Part shown: one piece after another, positions 1 to 8,439 of the stretch
Numbering within the stretch: position 1 is the first letter of the stretch
How the letters are laid out: each line of letters begins with the position of its first letter
Assembly (NCBI GenBank): GCA_964016885.1
Contig: OZ024745.1
Coordinates: 115,568,001 to 115,632,000 of the forward strand
Length of the DNA: 64,000 nt
Reading direction: 5' to 3'
Source: Eledone cirrhosa
Taxonomy: Eukaryota
Notes under the pieces: model-generated
What the model saw: only the letters and a program-made list of their open reading frames with translations
Told to the model about the DNA's origin: nothing
The model's database searches: none
Made by a program: the position numbers and the translations under genes

Positions 1-270
1 TTATTATTATGTTAGACTATTTGTATGTAATATTTAATTTTTATTAATTCAACTATAACAATTATTATGTAAAATATATTTATTGATTGTTTTTTGTAGT
101 TGTTTATATTAAAAGTCTGAAAATATTTTTATACATCTTACAATAATATCTATAAGATCATTTATAAAATAACAATTATATAATCTAATTACATTACAAC
201 GATAATTTATTATTAATAGATATCATGTTTAACTAGAGTTATTACAAGCGTTGCCTTAAAAAAATTAAAC

Positions 271-719
271 TAGACCTGAAAAATGCGCAAGCTCAAAAGA
301 GCCACAGAATGTTATAACAAACCTTCAAAAGTGTGGGACTAGAGTTGTTGCTCAAAAATATTGTAATCATTATCTATCGTACACTCTGTGGCATCCTTTT
401 ATAAAAAAAAAAAGAGAGACTCATAACGAACTCAAGACGACACGATAATTATTTAAGTGAATTTATAATATAGAATTCGGTTTAAGTGCATTTCGTATTA
501 ATCATTACTAAACATCTAATATGAGATATTGAACATTAGCTTAAATAATTATCTTGTCGTCTTGAGTTCGTTATGAGTCTCTTTTTTATAAAAGGACGCC
601 ACAGAGTGTACGATAGATAATGATTACAATATTTTTTAGCAACAACTCTAGTCCCACACTTTTGAAGGTTTATTATAACATTTTGTCGCTCTTTTGAGCT
701 TGCGCATTTTTCAGGTCTA
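271..719. repeat. Long inverted repeat (arms ~271-457 / 540-719)
   Basis: The arms are near-exact reverse complements (tagacctgaaaaatgcgcaagctc... / ...gagcttgcgcatttttcaggtcta) with an ~82-bp spacer. Confidence 0.95.
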
Positions 720-861
720 TATTTAGGTTTGTTGGTTCACCACCGGATATAATTGGTCATTCCGTATGGTCAATCTTGATGCAATATTATGGAAAGTACT
801 CAACCTAGTGCAGTTCACTCGTCTTCGTTTGTGTAGTTGGTGGTGCGAATACGGAGTTAAT

Positions 862-1109
862 TATTATGAATAAAATAACAGGAGGCTGGACTGGTGTCAA
901 TCCTTGAAAAGTTTATTATACTATGATAATTTCGACCTCTCTGTCACTGATTTTCGGACCCATGGATTTTTATATATTCCTTTGTTATATTTCGAATACC
1001 TGATGATATCACCGGATTCATACGGAACCCGGTCATTGAAATGATCATAGTATAATAAACTTTTCAAGGATTTACACCAGTCCAGCCTCCTGTTATTTTA
1101 TTCATAATA
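862..1109. repeat. Inverted repeat (arms 862-933 / 1038-1109), probable Penelope-like pLTR end with inverted copy
   Basis: 72-bp arms are reverse complements. A hammerhead motif spans the spacer and right arm. Confidence 0.9.
996..1053 (+). ncRNA. Minimal type I hammerhead ribozyme
   Basis: Helix I atac/gtat; CTGATGA 1000-1006; stem II atcaccgg/ccggtcat; GAAA 1038-1041; palindromic stem III ATGATCAT; predicted cleavage after A1049; AATAAA follows. Confidence 0.8.
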
Positions 1110-1120
1110 TATATTTATAT

Positions 1121-1447
1121 ATATATCAAAGGTATATATTGAGTTAGGAACTCAAAATAGTCTCTTACAATAAAATAGCTCTAAGAAAGAGATTTTTCCG
1201 AGCCGTATATTATAATTGATTATAAAAGAAAAACGAACAGATATATACATATATGTGTTCAAATCGCAAGGGACCAGATATAAAAGAACTGGTGCCTTGC
1301 GATTTGAACACATATATGTATATATCTGTGTTCGTTTTTCTTTTATATTCAATTATAATATACGGCTCGGAAAAATCTCTTTCTTAGAGCTATTTTATTG
1401 TAAGAGACTATTTTGAGTTCCTAACGCAATATATACCTTTGATATAT
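1121..1447. repeat. Near-perfect palindrome (arms 1121-1277 / 1289-1447, 11-nt loop)
   Basis: Direct reverse-complement comparison. It also explains the mirrored 66-aa ORFs on both strands. Confidence 0.97.
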
Positions 1448-1594
1448 TCGGCTCCGTTAATTTGTTGAGCTATTTCAAATGTCGAATAAACTTGGCTGTT
1501 ATTTTTAGTGGTGTAAGTTTGTGAGACACGCTATTATATATCGCACACTATTCAGTTACTTAATATACTTAGAAGTGTCTAGGATACTAATTTG

Positions 1595-1674
1595 TCACCC
1601 ACTGATGAGCAAGAATTGGTATTTCTATTCACAATTAATTAGTATTGCGAAACAGCACCAAGCTCTCTGGGTGA
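1595..1674 (+). ncRNA. Type I hammerhead ribozyme (one stem III mismatch)
   Basis: Helix I TCACCCA/TGGGTGA (7 bp); CTGATGA 1602-1608; stem II GCAA/TTGC; GAAA 1649-1652; stem III ACAGC-accaa-GCTCT, C17. GCTGTC would be canonical. Confidence 0.8.
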
Positions 1675-1987
1675 TTGGTAGTTACCACAATTCCGGTTTG
1701 TATTTATTTTCTTGGATTTTTTTCTTAAATTGAGACAGGCAAACCCTATTGTCTATAGTTAGTATTCTTTTCACCATAGCGAATCTGGTCCCTTGCGATT
1801 TGAACACATATATGTATTTATCTGTGTTCGTTTTTCTTTTATATTCAATTATATATATATATATATATATATTAATAAGAGGAATTCCAACTTTGTCTGA
1901 TTTACTCGTTTTATTTACAATCCTTTAAAATCTATAATGGTATTATAATGAAATAGTATGATAGAATATTAAATGTTAAGTATTAAT

Positions 1988-2026
1988 TGAACAAATACTT
2001 TCATGCTTTCGCAATCTTCAGGTTCA
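1988..2026 (-). ncRNA. Inverted copy of the 2837-2875 hammerhead
   Basis: The minus strand reads TGAAC CTGAAGA TTGCGAAAGCAT GAAA GTATTT GTTCA, with one stem III C>T difference. Confidence 0.7.
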
Positions 2027-2836
2027 TAATGTGTGGTGACAGTCAAGTTTGCAATTTTCAACTGTAATGAGATGGGTAAATTTTGTACCTTATATACAGT
2101 GAAAAGTGGCTCCAGAATGCTAAATCTTGCAAACTGTATTTCGACCAATCGGTGTGTAGTTTCACTGAATTACTAAAGCTGATTGGTTTATGCGTCACGG
2201 TTGGTTGAGCATGTCTAACGACCACTAATTGATTCTATCCAAAGCATCAATTGTTTTGCTATTTTTAGAAATGATGAAAATAGCATTTTCTAGTAATCAT
2301 CACCATCAACATCACTTTTATTATTATCAGGGAATATTTATAATATTCCCATTCTACAAATTACACAGCCCAAGTGAAATCAAGAGAAAAATCAAAGAAA
2401 AGAATTTTATTGATAAATTCAAACCCAAGCTAAATGAACAATAATAATGCTTAGAGGTATTACTTCTACTATGACTATGACTACGACCATGTCGACTACG
2501 ACCACTAGCAACAACAACAACAACGACAACAATAATAATAATAATAAAAGTGATGTTGATGGTGATGATTACTAGAAAATGCTATTTTCATCATTTCTAA
2601 AAAATAGCAAAACAATTGATGCTTTGGATAGGATCAATTAGTGGTCGTTAGACATGCTCAACCAACCGTGACGCATAAACCAATCAGCTTTAGTAATTCA
2701 GTGAAACTACACACGGATTGGTCGAAATACAGTTTGCAAGATTTAGCATTCTGGAGCCACTTTTCACTGTATATAAGGTACAAAATTACCCATCTCATTA
2801 CAGTTGAAAATTGCAAACTTTTTTTTTTTTGCAAAA

Positions 2837-2875
2837 TGAACCTGAAGATTGCGAAAGCATGAAAGTACTTGTTCA
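2837..2875 (+). ncRNA. Minimal hammerhead ribozyme
   Basis: Helix I TGAAC/GTTCA; CTGAAGA; stem II TGC-GAAA-GCA; GAAA; palindromic stem III AGTACT; U17. Confidence 0.8.
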
Positions 2876-3830
2876 ATTAACACTTAACATTTGATATTCT
2901 ATCATACTATTTCATTATAATACCATTATAGATTTTAAAGGATTGTAAATAAAACGAGTAAATCAGACAAAGTTGGAATTCCTCTTATTAATATAATCTT
3001 TTATACACCATCATACACACCCGTGTATATTTATCTATATATATATATGCTTTACTACTTCTGTCTGTCTTTTCTATCTTCTGTCACTTGTGTCGATGAA
3101 TATATTGTGTAAATATGTTTTAAAACTTTCTCCCTTGCTATTGTGTGTCTGGTATTGAAATATTAATATGTAATATTATATGTATTTGAATTGCCTATAT
3201 CTCCGTATATTTATTGTCTATTATATATATATATTTTTTTTTTTTCACCATACTTTATTTTATTGTATGATATTATTATTTTTTACCCTGTAGAATACAT
3301 TATGTTTTTATACACGTTTTGTTGACTTTGTAAGGTACGTTGGATGTATTTATATATTTTTTTAATGTCAATATATTATTTTCAGTGATTTTAGTATTGT
3401 TTAATCACACCGTGAGGGTGATTATTCTATTATAATGCTTATATTTATATATTTGTGTTAATATGTGTAAATGTGTATATGTGTGTGTGTATATATATGT
3501 GTCGGAGTGCGTGTAGGTATATATATATATTAAATTTTATTTCTGTATTATGTATTGTATTGTATTGTATATTATATTACAATTTTTATATCTTATTTCT
3601 CGCATTATATTACTATGTTGTATTTCAAGTATTAGACTTATATTGTATTTTTAACGTGGGTTTGTTTAATGTTTGCTTGCTCTCTTGCCCTATAGCTTTT
3701 ATTTACAAATGCACCCTATTAGGTTTAACATGTCTTTCCATGATAATTTTCCTAAATTTTCCTAAATATCCATTCGCTATTCTTCTGAATTTTGGCTTGT
3801 TCTAGCCGATGATATTTCTTGTCTTTTTCC

Positions 3831-3875
3831 TTGCTCTGATGAGACCTAATTAATGGGACGAAACATTGTCAACAA
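3831..3875 (+). ncRNA. Minimal hammerhead ribozyme, slightly degenerate
   Basis: ttgct CTGATGA gacc-taattaatg-ggac GAAAC att GTC aacaa, overlapping AATAAA. Single mismatches in helix I and stem II. Confidence 0.65.
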
Positions 3876-4127
3876 ATAAAGATTTTTAATGTATTAAAGG
3901 CTTCTTTGTTAATTTTATATAATTTTTCGGCTGTTTGATAACATTGAGCTATATCTTATACTGTCATTTCTCTAATACGACGAGTGTGTTTAACTCTAAT
4001 GCACTCAAGTATTTTTATCATATATATATATGTATGTATACATACATATAGTAAAAGGAGAAGTGTATGGTTATCTACCCTGACAGTTCAATTAAATAGT
4101 TTCGACAAGAGCAGTATATATATATAT

Positions 4128-4663
4128 AGCAGTATTTTTCTCCCCATTTTATCACATATATTTACCTAAACTGCGATTCTGTTTTTTTCTCTCTCTCTCT
4201 CTTACTGCTCCCTCATTCTCTCTGTTTCTCCTACTTTCTTTCGCCCCCTCTGTCATGTCAGTTAACTCTTCCTCACACTTCCACTCACTCACTCACTGTT
4301 TCTCATCTCCTCACTTCACCCCCTTCGCAACGAAAGCAATTTCTCTCTTTCTCACATTGCATTCGTTCGCGAAAGGTCTTTTTTCTAAGCGCTCATATAT
4401 TCACCTAGCTTATGCTAACATAATAACTATGAAGCTTGTTTCCTTCCTTCTACGGTTAGCTCTACTCTTTGTTGTTTTCCTGTCTCACTCGCTTTACGCG
4501 TTTTAATTGTCCTAATAACTTAATTTAGTTATTATTGCACCGACGTGAGGTATATGATTTTTAATGCAATGAAATATTTATGATCGTCGGCAAATCACTG
4601 ATGAGGGACTTATTTTATTACATGTTATCCATGTGCTACCAGCAGTATTTTTCTCCCCATTTT

Positions 4664-4667
<4 letters not shown>
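4128..4667 (+). mobile_element. ~513-bp terminally redundant non-coding unit (PLE pLTR/retrozyme-like)
   Basis: 27-bp direct repeat agcagtatttttctccccattttatca at 4128 and 4641. CTGATGA-ggga...tcc half-hammerhead at 4598. Flanked by (TA)n. Confidence 0.5.
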
Positions 4668-4717
<50 letters not shown>

Positions 4718-4719
<2 letters not shown>

Positions 4720-5803
4720 CCTTTGATTCTGTGGACCGTTACTGCCTGATGAAGATCTTACAGGCTTATGGAATCCCCAAGAGGATAGTGGACCTGATAT
4801 CACTGCTCTACACCAACACCAAAGCCCAAGTCATTACACCTGATGGGATGACAGAGTTCTTTGAGATACTGGCTGGAGTGCTCCAGGGAGATACATTGGC
4901 TCCCTACCTTTTTATCATCGTAGTGGACTATTGTATGCGCCTTGCACTGGAGAAACACCAGGACTCTGGCTTTACTGTAGCACCGGCTCAGAGCAGGAGA
5001 GTTGGGGCGAAAAAGGTATCGGATGCTGAATTTGCCGACGACATAGTTTTGGTGACAAATACAGTGAAGGAGGCAGAGGATTTGATGCGGGAGGTTGAGA
5101 CTGTGTCGATGAGTGTGGGGCTGAGAATGAATGAGACTAAAACAAAATATCTGGTAGAGAATGTTGAGAAGCCAGAGGGGATCACTAATGTAGGCGGGAA
5201 GCCGCTGGAATTGGTTGAGGACTTCCTGTATTTGGGAGCAAAGATTGGGAATACGGAAGATGATGTGGTTGAGAGGAAGAGCAAGGCCTGGGCGGCGTGC
5301 CACAGCTTGAGATCGGTGTGGAAGTCGGACCTTCGTAGAGACCTGAAAATCCGCCTCTTCATTGCTGTAGTGGAGTCTGTGCTGCTGTGTGGGTCTGAGA
5401 CTTGGACACTGACCAAGAGACTCACTCAGATGGTGGATGGGTGCTACACGAGAATGCTGAGGATGGCTCTGAACATTAATCAGTATACACTGAGGATGAA
5501 AAACTCAGAGCTGTATGGGAGCCTCCCAAAAGTCAGCTCAAAAGTGACACAGAGGAGACTGAGGTTGGCTGGACATGCTCACCGACATCCAGAGTTGACA
5601 TTGCACTCCGTGCTCCTTTGGGAGCCCCTACATGGACACACTGGAAGAGGAAGACCAAGGTTAACATATGTTGATGCCCTAAGGACAGACACTGGTCTGT
5701 TGGAGACGCAGGACATGGCAGCGATAATGAGGGACAGAGACCGCTGGAGAGAACTCGTCCATGGATCTCGGGAATTTTACCCGCCTTAGATAGATAGATA
5801 GAT
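4718..5803 (+). mobile_element. 5'-truncated RTE-clade LINE, uninterrupted RT/C-terminal ORF
   Basis: AFDSVD, GVLQGDTLAPYLF, FADD, LCGSETW and RGRPR-like motifs. Stop at 5789 runs into a (TAGA)n tail. Inserted in (TA)n. Confidence 0.95.
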
Positions 5804-5808
5804 ATATA

Positions 5809-5922
5809 TATTAGAAATGTAAGCTATCGCCGTATTTTGACTAAAGAAATTAAAGACTATCAGGCTAAATAATTTCTTTAATTTCTTTAGTCAAAATACG
5901 GCGATAGCTTACATTTCTAATA
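5809..5922. repeat. Perfect hairpin (48-bp arms 5809-5856 / 5875-5922)
   Basis: tattagaaatgtaagctatcgccgtattttgactaaagaaattaaaga and its reverse complement, with an 18-nt loop. Confidence 0.95.
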
Positions 5923-6107
5923 ATTTCAAACCCACTCGCTGTTTCGAAAATATTCTTACATATATATATATGTTTATTCTTACATATATATATACTGCTC
6001 TTGTCGAAACTATTTAATTGAACTGTCAGGGTAGATAACCATACACTTCTCCTTTTACTTTTTACACAGTTATTTCCCTTTTAAGTATTCGCTGTTAATG
6101 ACAGCAA

Positions 6108-6340
6108 TTCTTCTTCTTCTTCTTCTTCTTCTTCTTCTTCTTCTTCTTCTTCTTCTTCTTCTTCTTCTTCTTCTTCTTCTTCTTCCTCCTCCTCCTTATT
6201 TCTAAGAGGGTCGTAGGGGCAGACTCCCCAAGGACTCCTTCCAGCAAGTCCTGTTTGAAGCAACCGTCTCCAATCTCTGTTCCATCAGAAGAAAGCACTA
6301 GATCTGACCTGCCCTTCCTCGGACCATACACCACATTGAG
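6108..6340 (-). mobile_element. RTE 3' end with expanded (GAA)n tail
   Basis: gagggtcgtaggggcagactcc... is shared with 50355-50700 and 53180-53270. (TTC)n at 6108-6185. Confidence 0.7.
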
Positions 6341-6344
6341 ACTG

Positions 6345-7452
6345 TTATAAAAGGCTCGTTAGTCCTTTTTATCAGTAGCTTCATGTAATTCGGATGCTTT
6401 AGCCATCCAACAGGCATCCTTCATCTTTCTAAGTCAGGACTGTACCTGCTGCTTGCAATCTTTGTTGTTGAATTTTTATCTCCAATTCAAATCCTGTGTG
6501 GGTTATGCATTCTGTTGATAAGGTTCTGAACATCTGAGTTGCCTTCATCAAACCAGTCCTGATGTTCTCTCATAGGAAATCATAAAATCTCCACAGAGGC
6601 TGCATAGGTGGCATCATTAAGCGCTTTCCTGGAACCCTCAATGTCATCAGAAATCTGAACAGAATCGATGGTTGATTGACTCATCCCTCGACTCTGTTCA
6701 GATTTCTGATGACATTGAGGCTTCGCAGAAAGTTTCAGCCTCCCATTAACTGATCGCAGCTTACCCACATCAATCTTGGATGGGATAGGTGGCCTCTGAA
6801 GACGCCTTTTGTTTGGAAGATTGAAAGAAACTTTACTGCGCAGCAGTGCATGATCAGAGAGATAACAAGAAAAGTGAAAAGAATGAGTGATTTTTAAAAT
6901 ATTTGAGGTGACACCTGCAGATGATGACATAGTCAATCATATACCAGTCCTTGGATCTAGGATTCATCCATCTTGTTTTATGGTTTGCACGTTGTTGAAA
7001 GAAGCTGTTGGTGATTCTGAGATAAAATTCTTTACAGAGTGAGAGCAGCCTAAGCCCATTGGAGTTCACAGCTCCGACTCCGTTAGATCCAAGGACGTTA
7101 TGCCATGTTTGAAAATCATTTCCAACTTTAGCATTGAAATCATCCATTATGATAAGCTTGTTCTTGTTGGAAACAGAGGAGATCACTGTGTGAAGCTGAT
7201 CGTAGAATATTTCAATCTCCTGCTCAGATGGATAGAGAGTTCGGGCATAACAACTTACTAGCGTAACAGAGGTGTTGTTTACCAAATCCAGTGACAGTCA
7301 TTATGCAATCACTGACACATTTGGAGAATGATGTTAGGGATTTCACAATGTCAGATCTGATGACAAAAGCAACACCCGATTGACGGTGGTCTTCACTCTT
7401 TCCAGACCAGAAAACTGAGTAGCCCTCTCCCACTTCTTTCATTTGGGACATG
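6345..7452 (-). pseudogene. RTE LINE APE-endonuclease region, decayed
   Basis: GYSVFWSG, SGVAF, DDFNAKVG, NSNGLRLL, WMNPRSK.W..IDY and SDH motifs, with frameshifts. Confidence 0.9.
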
Positions 7453-7690
7453 CCAGGGAGTCGGGTCTGAAACAAAAGTTGCAGTTTATCGTGCAGTGGT
7501 ATTACCAATACTCTTATATGGCTCAGAGTCATGGACACTTTACCGTACTCACATAAGCTTGATGTCTTCCACAAACGCTGTCTTCGCTCTGTCTGAGGAT
7601 ATGCACTTTCTGACAGTCTCCAGTACCGAACTGTTCACAAGGTGCAACAATGGTGGGATTGAGTTATTTATGATGCAATCCCAACTCATA
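7453..7690 (+). pseudogene. RTE ORF2 C-terminal fragment, opposite orientation
   Basis: YRAVVLPILLYGSESWTLYR motif. Confidence 0.8.
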
Positions 7691-8099
7691 TATAGATCTA
7701 GTCTTGTAGAAGTCATTTCTATAATAAAATGAATATACATACACTCTACTAATATATCTTTTTTTACAGTGGTCGCCTGGAGATTTACACCAGGCTCTTA
7801 CACATACACATAAGCGTCCGCGTGCATAAACAAATATATTCATTTTATTAAGTCTAAATAGTGAGTCTTTTTACTCTGGAGTTTCTTCCTTGTCTGAAGT
7901 TAAATCTTTGATAGATTTAGCTTATACAGGTGTTTTCGTGTCCAGCCAATCTTAAACTCCTTTATTATGCCCTGGGGAACAATGATTAACAGAAGGAGAT
8001 TGAAGCGTGGACGCCGACTTACAGAAAAGTAAACTAGATAGTAGGTAGGTAGTTTTGGGAGAGAGGGAGAAAGAAGAGAAAGAAGAGAGAGAGAGAGAA

Positions 8100-8152
<53 letters not shown>

Positions 8153-8225
8153 CCAAAGACGTTTGAATGTTCTTTTCATGGTATTTATTTTTCCTCAATG
8201 TGATCTCATTAATATATGTGGACAT

Positions 8226-8415
8226 ACACGTGCACCCCAGAAGGAACTTTGATGCCGCCGGTTTCCCATCACATCTGGAGCCTGTCAGTGATGGCAAACA
8301 TCCAGACGAGATAACCCTTGTCCCATTTGAGGTGGGTAAATCTTTAATCTGGGATACTGCAACACATTCTCCGCCTCCAGACTAGTCATTTCGGCCACAA
8401 ACTGAGGGGCTGTCA
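8226..8415 (+). pseudogene. CRE-like non-LTR retrotransposon, restriction-like endonuclease fragment
   Basis: [32 protein letters not shown] matches the EP...DGKRPDG.T..P...G..L.WD motif. Confidence 0.75.
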
Positions 8416-8439
8416 CCAAGTTTGTGGTACATGGAAGAT

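Larger units (their letters stand above)
1867..2995 (+). mobile_element. 5'-truncated Penelope-like element with inverted pseudo-LTR (arms ~1867-2327 / ~2535-2995)
   Basis: ~460-bp arms. The spacer 2328-2444 encodes IFPFYKLHSPSEIKRKIKEKNFIDKFKPKLNEQ*, resembling the PLE GIY-YIG C-terminus (R..KE..FI....P.LN). Each arm has a hammerhead. A (TA)n tract abuts the left end. Confidence 0.8.
4050..6059. repeat. Perfect 66-bp inverted repeat (4050-4115 / 5994-6059) enclosing later insertions
   Basis: agtaaaaggag...caagagcagt and its exact reverse complement, each abutting a (TA)n tract. Confidence 0.95.

Noticed and set aside
1152-1416. Mirrored 66-aa ORFs on both strands
   Set aside because: By-product of the palindrome; no protein features.
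6081-6334. Poly-E / poly-K ORFs (also 7952-8297, 51391-51621, 60167-60680)
   Set aside because: Translations of (TTC)n, (GA)n and (TC)n microsatellites.
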